NCBI GenBank assembly: GCA_016213525.1
Contig: JACRAE010000006.1
Span: forward strand, 16,691 to 80,690
Direction of reading: 5' to 3'
DNA: 64,000 nucleotides
Origin: Candidatus Aenigmatarchaeota archaeon
GTDB lineage: Archaea; Aenigmatarchaeota; Aenigmatarchaeia; CG10238-14; SCSR01
Shown: positions 56,530 through 64,000 of the stretch, one piece after another
Layout: the number at the start of each line of letters is the position of its first letter
Position numbering within the stretch: position 1 is the stretch's first letter
The notes under the pieces: model-generated
What the model saw: the letters and a program-made list of their open reading frames with translations, nothing else
Told to the model about the DNA's origin: nothing
Database searches by the model: none
Made by a program: the position numbers and the translations under genes

Positions 56530-57354
56530 TTAAATCTTCGACAGGAGCTCGAACAGGCTCCTGACGGACAGGAACTCGGTGACGTTGCCCTGCATCGGGT
56601 TGCCCCCGCAGAGGGTTATGCCTGCTATCCTGCCCTTGAAGGACGACACCACGTCGCAGAACTGGCGGAACGTCATGCCCTCCGGCTCGCTGTAGTCCAC
56701 GTTCGGCGCTATGCTGGGGTCGAAGCAGTCCACGTCCAGGTTCACCCATATCTTCTCCCCCTGCGTGAAGATCCCCAGCTGGTCCTTGACCTCCTCTATG
56801 TTGTCCTCTATCTCCCTCGGCGTGATGTGGAGGATCTTGCTCTTCTCCATGTAGGCCATCGTGTCCTCGTCGACGGAGCGCAGCCCTATCACACAGACGC
56901 TGTCCGCGCCGACCACCTCGACGGTCCTCCTCAGCCACGTCGAGCTGTTCTCCCTCTCGTTCCTGAAGCCGTCTATGGACTCTATCTTCGGGTCCGTGTA
57001 CTTGTCCAAGAGGTCCGTGTGGGCGTCGAAGCTGATCACCTTCACGTTCTTCAGTATGTTGCACGCGCGGTAAGACGCGATGTCGCCCTTCGTGATGATC
57101 ACGGGAACCTTCCTCTTCAAAAATATCTCCGTCAGCTTCCTGTCGAGCTCCTTGTGGTCGGTCACGTCCCCGGCGTCGCACACCTTCTTGTCGAAGAGGT
57201 TCCTCTTCCTGTATATGTCGAATATCTCGACGAACCAGCTCTGCTTCCTCAGGCTGTCCACGTACTCCTTCCCGCCGGTCCCGTTAGGCACCCCTATCAC
57301 TACCACGTCCGCCTCCTCCTCCGTGAAGAGGTCCGTGAAGAACTTGTCGTACAT
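56530..57354 (-). CDS. Ureohydrolase (arginase/agmatinase) fold protein with degenerate active site
   Basis: DAHTD and LDVDCFDP retained; GGDH replaced by KGDI; start set to ATG of MYDKFF. Confidence 0.8.
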   Translation of the reverse strand: MYDKFFTDLFTEEEADVVVIGVPNGTGGKEYVDSLRKQSWFVEIFDIYRKRNLFDKKVCDAGDVTDHKELDRKLTEIFLKRKVPVIITKGDIASYRACNILKNVKVISFDAHTDLLDKYTDPKIESIDGFRNERENSSTWLRRTVEVVGADSVCVIGLRSVDEDTMAYMEKSKILHITPREIEDNIEEVKDQLGIFTQGEKIWVNLDVDCFDPSIAPNVDYSEPEGMTFRQFCDVVSSFKGRIAGITLCGGNPMQGNVTEFLSVRSLFELLSKI

Positions 57355-57452
57355 GGATAGAATCTCCCGCTCCACGCTAAAATATCTTTGCCTGTCGTCG
57401 AATGATTCGTTTCTATCAGAACGGCTTTTAAGCGGCTGCGACCAATATTTCA

Positions 57453-58178
57453 TTGATGAGTTCTGTTGACAGGCCCGTCATACAGTTGGTCGGGGTCGGG
57501 AAGACATACGACATGGGCGAGGTGAAGGCGGAGGTCCTGCACGGGATAGATTTTTCCGTCGATAGGGGGGAGTTCGTGGCCATAGTGGGCGCCTCCGGAT
57601 CGGGGAAGTCCACGCTGCTGCAGATTATGGGGCTCTTGGACAGGCCGACCAAGGGTAAGGTCCTGATAAACGGCATAGATTCTTCCAAGATGAGCGACGA
57701 CGAGCTGGCGGACATGCGCGGCAGGAACATAGGTTTCGTGTTCCAGTTCTTCAACCTTTATCCGACGCTGAGCGCGAGGGGGAACGTCGAGCTTCCCATG
57801 ATGATACAGGGTATGCCGTCAGGGGAGAGGACCCGGAGGGCGAGGGAGATACTCAGGTCCGTCGGTCTCTCCGACAAGGAGGAGAACATGCCCTCCCAGC
57901 TGTCCGGCGGGCAGAAGCAGAGGGTGTCGATAGCGCGCGCCCTGGCGATGGAGCCCGCTCTTATATTGGCGGACGAGCCGACAGGCAACCTCGACTCAAA
58001 GACGGGTCAGGAAGTCATAGACATGATTGCGCGCCTGGGGAAGGGCGGCAATAGAACCATATTGGTAATAACCCACGACCGCCACATAGCCGAGCATGCC
58101 GAGAGGATAGTCGAGATAAAGGATGGCAGGGTTATATCCGATAGGAAGAACAAGAATAGAAGAGTTGTTGAACGATGA
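57453..58178 (+). CDS. ABC transporter ATP-binding protein (LolD/MacB-type)
   Basis: [35 protein letters not shown]. Confidence 0.96.
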   Translation: MMSSVDRPVIQLVGVGKTYDMGEVKAEVLHGIDFSVDRGEFVAIVGASGSGKSTLLQIMGLLDRPTKGKVLINGIDSSKMSDDELADMRGRNIGFVFQFFNLYPTLSARGNVELPMMIQGMPSGERTRRAREILRSVGLSDKEENMPSQLSGGQKQRVSIARALAMEPALILADEPTGNLDSKTGQEVIDMIARLGKGGNRTILVITHDRHIAEHAERIVEIKDGRVISDRKNKNRRVVER

Positions 58179-59353
58179 AGCTGGCATATTTTGCAATCGG
58201 CCTGTTGTTTTTGGCGGTCCTGCCGTCGGCGTCCCTCGCGCAGTCGTCGGACGCCTCGGTGAAGTTCGAGGTCCTGAAGTACGACCCGTCTCCGGCCGAG
58301 GCCGGCGAGCTGCTGGAGCTGTGGCTGGCAGTCGGCGTCGTCGGCAACACGGAGCTCAGGAACTACGTCGTGGAAGTCGTGCCGGATTTCCCGTTCCTTT
58401 TGGCCACAGACGAGGACGCTAAGAGGAGGTTCTCCGTGATAGACTCCAACGGGGTCGTAGCAAAATACAGGATAAGGGTGGACGGGTCGGCCCTAGACGG
58501 CGACTCGGTCCTCAGGGTCAAATATTATCCCGACGGATCGTCGTCCCAGCCGGCGCGCGAGGTGACGATCTCTATTTTGGGCAAGGTCAACGTGCAGCTC
58601 TCCTCCGCCCAGCCCGACACCCTGATACCGGGCAGGCCGACGAAGGTGAAGTTCCTTTTCAAGAACGACGGCAACGCGCCCGTCAGGGACCTGGCCATTA
58701 ACTGGACCGACCCCGACGCCGGCATACTCCCGCTCGCGGGCGAGAACAGGCAGAGGATAGACTTCCTGGGGGTCGGAGACGAGAGGGAGGTCGAGTTCAG
58801 CATGATAGCGGATCCGCAGATATCGCAGGGCGTGCACGTCATAAACCTCAACATGGAGTTCCTCAGGTTCGGGGAGTCGACTAGCAGGACTTCCAGCGTC
58901 GCCTTCATAGTCGGCGGGGTCACGGAGTTCGACGTGACGCAGGACGAGGTGAGCGAGGACGCGGTCTCATTGTCGATAGCCAACATAGGAGTGAATACCG
59001 CCACGGGCGTCCTCGTTTCGGTACCGGAGCAGAGCGGATGGGAGATCAACGGGGCGTCGGACGCGTTCCTCGGGAACCTCCAGTCCGGCGACTTCACCGT
59101 CGCTTCGGTTGACGTGGTGTCTTTGTCGCAGGCGCCGAAGCAGACGCTCAGGGTGCTGGTGAAGTACACGGACACGGTAGGCATACGCCAGACGATGGAG
59201 GCGGAGGTCCCGATAAATTTGGATAAATCCATGGGCAAGTCGAAGAAGGACGACTCCAGCCAGATTTACATAATTTTGGTCATAGTGGCCGTCATTGCGT
59301 TGGGCGTGGCCCACTTCAAGTTCAGGGTTTTCAACAAGACGAAGAAGAGGTAA
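58175..59353 (+). CDS. S-layer-domain/Ig-like membrane-anchored protein (COG1361-like)
   Basis: Signal peptide, YDPSPAEAG, N.G..A..V repeats, LGNL..GD, C-terminal TM helix plus basic tail. Confidence 0.8.
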   Translation: MKLAYFAIGLLFLAVLPSASLAQSSDASVKFEVLKYDPSPAEAGELLELWLAVGVVGNTELRNYVVEVVPDFPFLLATDEDAKRRFSVIDSNGVVAKYRIRVDGSALDGDSVLRVKYYPDGSSSQPAREVTISILGKVNVQLSSAQPDTLIPGRPTKVKFLFKNDGNAPVRDLAINWTDPDAGILPLAGENRQRIDFLGVGDEREVEFSMIADPQISQGVHVINLNMEFLRFGESTSRTSSVAFIVGGVTEFDVTQDEVSEDAVSLSIANIGVNTATGVLVSVPEQSGWEINGASDAFLGNLQSGDFTVASVDVVSLSQAPKQTLRVLVKYTDTVGIRQTMEAEVPINLDKSMGKSKKDDSSQIYIILVIVAVIALGVAHFKFRVFNKTKKR

Positions 59354-59357
59354 TCGG

Positions 59358-60608
59358 ATGCTGCTCCGCGACTACCTGGAGTTTGCCAAGGGCAGCCTGG
59401 TTCACAGGAGGCTCAGGAGCTGGCTCACTGTCCTCGGAATCATCATCGGCATAGCCGCCGTATTCAGCTTGGTGTCCATAGGCCAGGGCTTCGACAATCT
59501 GATCAGGGAGCAGATAAGCTCGCTTGGCGGGAACTTCATATTCATCACGCCTTCGACCGGGACCTCCCAGAGCGGCGGCCCCAGCTTCGGGTTCAGCAGC
59601 GGCGTCGGGCCCAGGTCCGCAAGTCAGGGAATCCTCACGACCAACGACGTGACGGCCGTCAGCTCCGCAAGGGGAGTGGTGTTCGCGGACGGGATAATAT
59701 TCGACAGGGCGGACGTGGAGTTCAGGGGAGAGTCCGTCACGACGAACGTCCAGGGATACACCGTGGACCTTCTCAAGGAGTTTCCCCTCGTGAGCGTCGG
59801 CGAGGGCAGGATATTCTCCTCCGGCGAGTCCAAGGTCGCTATAGTCGGCTTCAAGGTCGCCAAGGACTTCTTCGAGCGCGAGGTGAAGCTCGGCGACATA
59901 ATCACGGTCGAGGGCGAGAGCTACAGGGTCATCGGCATATTCGCGGAGGGCAGCGGCGCCACCGCGTCTATATTCGACCAGTCCATAGCCGTGCCTAGGG
60001 ACGACGCGAGGAGGATGTTCATGGAGCCGGGTAGCAGAGAGGTCTCCGCGATATTCATCAAGATGTCCGAGGAGGCCGATGCCGACAGGGTGCTGAGGGA
60101 CGTCGAGAAGAGGCTCCGCGCCTCGCACAAGGTGACGGAGGAGGACCAGGACTTCACCGCCACGAGCTCTAAGGCCATACAGTCCAGCGTGGCCGCGATA
60201 ACCAGCGGCATCACCATTTTCCTCGGAGGGATAGCCGCAATATCCCTCCTCGTCGGGGCGATAGGCATAGTGAACACCATGTTCATGTCCGTGATGGAGA
60301 GGACGAAGCAGATAGGCATACTGAAGGCGCTCGGCGCCAGGAACAGCCAGATAACGGCGATATTCCTGATAGAGTCCAGCATGCTCGGGCTCGTCGGCGG
60401 CATAATCGGCGTGTCGATTGGCGTTGCGCTGGACCTAGTCATAGGCAGCAAGGAGCTGCTGGGTCCGTCCGCATTCGTCGCGCCCATAACCCCCGAGCTC
60501 GTAATATTCTGCGTGTCGTTCTCCGCCATAGTGGGCACCATATCTGGAGTGATGCCGGCTAGGCGCGCCGCGAAGATGGACCCGGTGGAAGCGATAAGGT
60601 ACGAGTAG
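59358..60608 (+). CDS. ABC transporter permease (MacB/FtsX family)
   Basis: RSWLTVLGIIIG, ERTKQIGILKALGA, PARRAAKMDPVEAIRYE. Confidence 0.95.
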   Translation: MLLRDYLEFAKGSLVHRRLRSWLTVLGIIIGIAAVFSLVSIGQGFDNLIREQISSLGGNFIFITPSTGTSQSGGPSFGFSSGVGPRSASQGILTTNDVTAVSSARGVVFADGIIFDRADVEFRGESVTTNVQGYTVDLLKEFPLVSVGEGRIFSSGESKVAIVGFKVAKDFFEREVKLGDIITVEGESYRVIGIFAEGSGATASIFDQSIAVPRDDARRMFMEPGSREVSAIFIKMSEEADADRVLRDVEKRLRASHKVTEEDQDFTATSSKAIQSSVAAITSGITIFLGGIAAISLLVGAIGIVNTMFMSVMERTKQIGILKALGARNSQITAIFLIESSMLGLVGGIIGVSIGVALDLVIGSKELLGPSAFVAPITPELVIFCVSFSAIVGTISGVMPARRAAKMDPVEAIRYE

Positions 60609-61139
60609 TCACGCCTTCCTAGATTTCGCGTACTCCCTGATTATGTTCCTGAAAGATACGGTGTAATTCCCAGGGTTTTTCCTAACGTCCTTTAAAACAA
60701 AATCAAGGTCCGTCCAGACGGGCTTCGCCCCCACTTCCTTCCTGTCGTGCCTGAAAGGTCCTGGATGCACGGCCTCGAAGACCGTCGTTATCTCCTTGTT
60801 TTTCGCCAGGTTGTCGTTGGCGAATTTCAGGACCCTCCTCAACTTTATGTCCGGCATCCTCATGCCGGCGAACAGCTCCTCCTTCATCTCCGTCTCGGCC
60901 GCCTTCCTCGCGGTCTCGCCCGCCATGACGTGCCCGCCCGCGGAGTGCTGCCATAGTCCCGGGTCCTGCTCCATGTCCGTGCTCCTCTTCTGCAGCAGAA
61001 TCTCCCTCCTAGTCCTGTCTTTGAAAATCAGCACGCACGACGTCCTGTGCCGCAGACCCTTCCTATGGCACTCCGTCCAGGTGGCCTTGCCCACGACTCT
61101 GTCGTCCTCGTTCACCACGTCGTAAGTCTCGTCTTCCAT
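60609..61139 (-). CDS. NUDIX hydrolase (IDI-1/YfcD-like)
   Basis: DVVNEDD...H..GLRHR, LLQKRS, SAGGHV..GE......EMKEEL; lacks the catalytic Cys of type 1 IDI. Confidence 0.8.
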   Translation of the reverse strand: MEDETYDVVNEDDRVVGKATWTECHRKGLRHRTSCVLIFKDRTRREILLQKRSTDMEQDPGLWQHSAGGHVMAGETARKAAETEMKEELFAGMRMPDIKLRRVLKFANDNLAKNKEITTVFEAVHPGPFRHDRKEVGAKPVWTDLDFVLKDVRKNPGNYTVSFRNIIREYAKSRKA

Positions 61140-61179
61140 GATTTGATATAAACGGCTCTGGAATTAAATGATTTCCGTC

Positions 61180-61674
61180 CTAGACGCTCCATTTCTTGTC
61201 CGTGCTGTCGAACTTCCCGGTGTTCAGGACGTAGAATTCGCTCCCCCTGTAAGACACGGTGCCCTCAGACATGTCGTATCTGTCCCTCAGGTCGCCTATT
61301 ATCGGCCTGGCCCACCTCTCGGAGACGATGAGACTCGGGTTCCTCCTCCCGTATTCCGACAGCGCAATCTTCATCCCGACCGCATCGTTGATCTCGGCCT
61401 CTATCCTGTCGAACGCCGAGGCATAGACTTTTACCGGTCTGCCGTCGGACGCCTCCCTGTCGCCGGTGGCCACAATCATCCCTATTCTCTGCAGCGCGTC
61501 CATGTTCCTGTAGAGCGACGTCATCGGGACTTTCAAGGATGGGTCCCTGGCGGCCCCTATCTTGGTGTTCTTGTTGCGGGAGAAATAGCTGTAGAGTTCG
61601 AAGTTGTCCGCTATCGCGCCGATTATCGCCGCAGCCGCCTCCTCGTCGGGCACGTAGTCCCACCGTCCTTTCAT
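61180..61674 (-). CDS. Hypothetical protein with winged-helix-like motif
   Basis: VPMTSLYRNMDALQRIGMI...DGRPVKVY; own BRE/TATA-like element (CGGGAAAGCATAAAAG) upstream of the ATG at 61674. Confidence 0.6.
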   Translation of the reverse strand: MKGRWDYVPDEEAAAAIIGAIADNFELYSYFSRNKNTKIGAARDPSLKVPMTSLYRNMDALQRIGMIVATGDREASDGRPVKVYASAFDRIEAEINDAVGMKIALSEYGRRNPSLIVSERWARPIIGDLRDRYDMSEGTVSYRGSEFYVLNTGKFDSTDKKWSV

Positions 61675-61722
61675 ACAGATTCGGATGGAAGCGAAGCTTT
61701 TATGCTTTCCCGCCGCCTCCGG

Positions 61723-61728
61723 AAAAAA
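61723..61728 (-). terminator. T6 tract, candidate native terminator of tRNA-Glu displaced by the cassettes
   Basis: Minus strand reads ...GAGCATGACCGAC-TTTTTT directly after the last copy of the tRNA 3' end. Confidence 0.45.
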
Positions 61729-61732
61729 GTCG

Positions 61733-61782
61733 GTCATGCTCCCTGTGGGAACGTCTATGGGAGAAACTTTTAGGGAGCATTA
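61733..61782. repeat. Cassette boundary site A: copy of the tRNA-Glu 3' end plus inverted repeat
   Basis: gtcatgctccctgtggga matches 62741-62758 at 17/18; perfect inverted repeat ATGCTCCCT (61736-44) / AGGGAGCAT (61772-80). Confidence 0.9.
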
Positions 61783-62271
61783 TCATTTTATAATTCCGTG
61801 CTCCAAATCATATTTGAAGGGGTAAATCTCCTCGTTTTTACAATTTGGGCACAACGTTACCAGATATTCCTTGATTACATTGTTTTTTTGTAGTATACTG
61901 TAGCTATACCACACCTGTAATTCTCTATGAATTATGTTATTACAATCGACACAACGGAATATTTTTTTCTCAATAAATGTGTTTTTATTTTTCTTAATAG
62001 AATCTTTACCAAACCAAAATAAATTTATTCTTTCGTTACAAAACATGCATTTACCGTTATATTCATATTCTAAAGCTCCAAAAATATTGTTTTGTGTTGA
62101 TATTGATTTTTCGTTTCCTAATGATTTTGCTAACTCGCGTAACATAGCGGTTAATACGCCAATTTTATCGTTTTTTACGCCTACTTTTCGAATATACCAA
62201 TTAACTTTTTTATGATTAATCAAGTGTTTACAATTCCAACATTTCATATCGAATTGTTTTAATGATATCAT
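61783..62271 (-). CDS. AT-rich Cys-rich protein with four CxxC motifs (cassette 2 cargo)
   Basis: CWNC, CMFC, CVDC, CPNC; far more AT-rich than the host genes; TTTATATA at 62310-62303 upstream. Confidence 0.75.
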   Translation of the reverse strand: MISLKQFDMKCWNCKHLINHKKVNWYIRKVGVKNDKIGVLTAMLRELAKSLGNEKSISTQNNIFGALEYEYNGKCMFCNERINLFWFGKDSIKKNKNTFIEKKIFRCVDCNNIIHRELQVWYSYSILQKNNVIKEYLVTLCPNCKNEEIYPFKYDLEHGIIK

Positions 62272-62333
62272 GTAAACTATAATCGCCCTATGGATTTGTG
62301 GGTATATAAAAAACGCTACATTAGGAAAACTTC

Positions 62334-62379
62334 CATGCTACCTGCGGGAACTTCAATTAGGGAATTAAAAGGAGTATTA
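62334..62379. repeat. Cassette boundary site B: copy of the tRNA-Glu 3' end plus imperfect inverted repeat
   Basis: catgctacctgcggga matches 62743-62758 at 15/16; arms ATGCTACCT / AGGAGTAT (62370-77). Confidence 0.88.
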
Positions 62380-62745
62380 TTATAGTTTCTTCTTCGGAAC
62401 AGGACCCGTTAGCTTAACATGGCATTTTTTACATATGACCATCAAATTACTTTCTCTTGGGTCTGACGGATCGTAGTTTTTATGGTGGAAGTCAAACTTG
62501 ATGTTGAACAACAAGGTACCACAGTTCTCACACTTTCCCCTAGACCGTGCCATAATTCTTTTTTGTAACCCAAATGGGATTTTAGTTCTTTTTTTCCTTA
62601 TTTTTGGTTCTATTTCAGGTTTCTTGTCAAGAGACTTCTCATATTCCTCAATCCAGTCCATAATGCTGCCCTTTTCAGGTTTGATTGTCAGACTCATAAT
62701 TTGTCTGTGACTTTCCATTCTTTTAAATATTTCTCTAATAGTCAT
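62380..62745 (-). CDS. HNH endonuclease-family protein (cassette 1 cargo); alternative start at 62718
   Basis: KCENCG...FHH......NLMVICKKCH; AT-rich. Confidence 0.85.
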   Translation of the reverse strand: MTIREIFKRMESHRQIMSLTIKPEKGSIMDWIEEYEKSLDKKPEIEPKIRKKRTKIPFGLQKRIMARSRGKCENCGTLLFNIKFDFHHKNYDPSDPRESNLMVICKKCHVKLTGPVPKKKL

Positions 62746-62859
62746 GCTCCCTGCGGGATTTGAACCCGCGTTTCCACCTTGCTTCTCTCATCCGATGTGT
62801 CAAATCTTTCGAAGTCAATCGAAAGGGTGGAGTCCTTGACCGGGCTAGACGAAGGGAAC
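62745..62859 (-). tRNA. tRNA-Glu(TTC) with a 40-nt intron at 37/38 (62780-62819)
   Basis: GTTCCCT/AGGGAGC acceptor, CCACC-CT-TTC-G|A-GGTGG anticodon arm, GCGGG-TTCAAAT-CCCGC T-arm; BHB central helix CTTT/GAAG. Confidence 0.93.
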
Positions 62860-62988
62860 CCAGACTCTTCTCTTGTGATATGGGTTATTTGGGTTTATTT
62901 CTTTAAGGGGTCTTCTAGGCGCGCCCCGGGTTTCCGGCTGCAGCAGGCCGCCGTCAATGGTTTAAATTTCACTCCCCATTTTTTTGAT

Positions 62989-63576
62989 ATGATCCCATAC
63001 ACGAATGCCAACGGTTCCGGCAAATTTCAACGGGACATGATGGGGCGCGGCGGGCAAGACATGGTAGAGGACCTGTACCCCATAGGCACGGACGTCAACC
63101 GGTTTATAGACAAGTCCAAAGACTTCATCGCGAAGCTGGCCGGCGGGAGCGTGTGGGTCGTTGACATGCAGTCCCTTAGAAATATGGTTGGAAGTTTCGG
63201 TTATAGGGTCGTGGAGTCCGCAATCGGATACTCGTCCGATGGCGACGTCTCCGACATACCCTGCGAGAGCGTCGACGGCTGGAAGCACCCCATATACCTG
63301 AGGTCAAAGCCGGCCACCATAAGCCTTGTGTATAAGACCCTCCTTTCCAAGGAGGACAGGAAGTTCAAGCTGTTCGGAATGGAAGTTGGCAACATAGAGG
63401 AGATTGACGGCATATACTCGCCTGCCGTCCTGCCTGCCGACGAGGCGTTCCCTGGTCTGGATGCGGTAAAGTCGAACAAGTTCGGCGAAATCGTATTGAA
63501 GGTCGGAAAGATGTCGGACGACATCGACGTGGCCGAGCTGAAGAGGGAGCAGGCGACCAGCTACATTTACAAGTAG
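62989..63576 (+). CDS. Hypothetical protein
   Basis: Start moved to ATG at 62989 (TTTAAA upstream) because the longer ORF overlaps tRNA-Glu. Confidence 0.65.
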   Translation: MIPYTNANGSGKFQRDMMGRGGQDMVEDLYPIGTDVNRFIDKSKDFIAKLAGGSVWVVDMQSLRNMVGSFGYRVVESAIGYSSDGDVSDIPCESVDGWKHPIYLRSKPATISLVYKTLLSKEDRKFKLFGMEVGNIEEIDGIYSPAVLPADEAFPGLDAVKSNKFGEIVLKVGKMSDDIDVAELKREQATSYIYK

Positions 63577-63580
63577 GGAG

Positions 63581-63655
63581 TGGGCAGGCTGGGATTTGAA
63601 CCCAGGACCTATCGATTATCAGTCGATTGCTCCAACCAGGCTAAGCTACCCGCCC
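63581..63655 (-). tRNA. tRNA-Ile(GAT), no intron
   Basis: GGGCGGG/CCTGCCC acceptor, ATCGA-CT-GAT-AA-TCGAT anticodon arm, CTGGG-TTCAAAT-CCCAG T-arm. Confidence 0.97.
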
Positions 63656-63714
63656 GTGAATAAAATATTGGTCTTCTCCGCGGTTAAATTCTTTCTTGAC
63701 CCACACTTTATCAC

Positions 63715-64000
63715 ATGGGAATTTTCAAGAAAAACCAACCACCCGGCAAGTCCGGGAGCCTGGAAGAGGCGGTGGAGGGCGCGAGGAGCATGATGTCGTC
63801 GTACGGCCACATAGGTTATGGGAGCAGGCGCGCCCTGGGGGCGTGGAACGATTTCATGGGATACCTGAGGGACATACACTCCATGGGAGGGTGCGACGAG
63901 ATATCCAAGATGCTCGGGGAGGCCAGAAAAGACAGATCCTACTTCTACGACAAGCTTAATTGGTTTCACAAGGAATATTGTTCAGGTCAGTTGGGCCGGT
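63715..64000 (+). CDS. Hypothetical protein, open to the window end
   Basis: MGIFKKNQPPGKSGSLEEAVEGARSMMSSYG... with no stop before 64000; TTAAAT upstream. Confidence 0.55.
   Translation, partial: MGIFKKNQPPGKSGSLEEAVEGARSMMSSYGHIGYGSRRALGAWNDFMGYLRDIHSMGGCDEISKMLGEARKDRSYFYDKLNWFHKEYCSGQLGR

Larger units (their letters stand above)
61735..62742 (-). mobile_element. Two-cassette AT-rich insertion at the tRNA-Glu 3' end (409 bp + 599 bp), no integrase
   Basis: Three copies of the tRNA 3'-end sequence bracket two single-ORF, low-GC units. Confidence 0.8.

Noticed and set aside
60609-61139. Type 1 isopentenyl-diphosphate isomerase
   Set aside because: The catalytic Cys motif is absent (SAGGHV), so it is kept as a generic NUDIX hydrolase.
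61675-61737. N-terminal extension MTDFFPEAAG... of the 61180 ORF starting in site A
   Set aside because: It spans a T-tract and a promoter-like element; the ATG at 61674 is the more plausible start.
61733-62760. Repeats read as a CRISPR array or as classical attC sites
   Set aside because: The spacers are 400-600 bp ORF-bearing units, no cas genes are present, the repeats match the tRNA end, and RYYYAAC/GTTRRRY ends are absent.
62779-62988. 5' part of the 265-aa ORF 62779-63576
   Set aside because: It overlaps tRNA-Glu on the opposite strand and its promoter region.
1-64000. Many long antisense or alternate-frame ORFs in the track (e.g. 3107-4294, 7274-8713, 19184-20188, 21908-23041, 39061-40473)
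   Set aside because: They shadow well-supported genes, carry no motifs, and are expected with GC-rich third positions.
1-64000. Stop-codon reassignment or programmed frameshifts
   Set aside because: Conserved genes are full length under code 11 and end in TAA, TAG or TGA; no split core genes were seen.

Overview
Archaeal chromosomal segment with compact, GC-rich core genes. The gene repertoire suggests a DPANN lineage such as Aenigmarchaeota; this is an inference, not proven. Housekeeping content: type IV pilus-like operon, thermosome, Sua5, class I LysRS, AspRS, AlaRS, LeuRS, Cdc6/Orc1, RNase HII, a TBP-MCM-RPA-aIF2beta cluster, RFC-S/L, Dus, a short histone, uL16, PEP synthase, Bcp and a MacB-type ABC system. 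It also holds a mosaic 1274-aa surface protein, a KaiC-V4R-UbiA cluster and an Arg/Pro-catabolism-like cluster. There are six tRNA genes, four with introns. Two observations stand out. (1) An integrase-free array of two AT-rich single-gene cassettes is stacked at the 3' end of tRNA-Glu(TTC). Each cassette ends 2 bp after its stop codon in a 46-48 bp inverted-repeat site that copies the tRNA 3' end and mimics its acceptor stem, which suggests an integron-like, tRNA-anchored gene-capture system. (2) An intron-containing tRNA-Ile with a UAU anticodon is clearly related to the tRNA-Ile(GAU) in the same window. Also notable are a tRNA-Thr with a non-canonical 27/28 intron and several micro-ORFs missed by the ORF track. 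All functional calls come from motif recognition by eye; no database searches were run.
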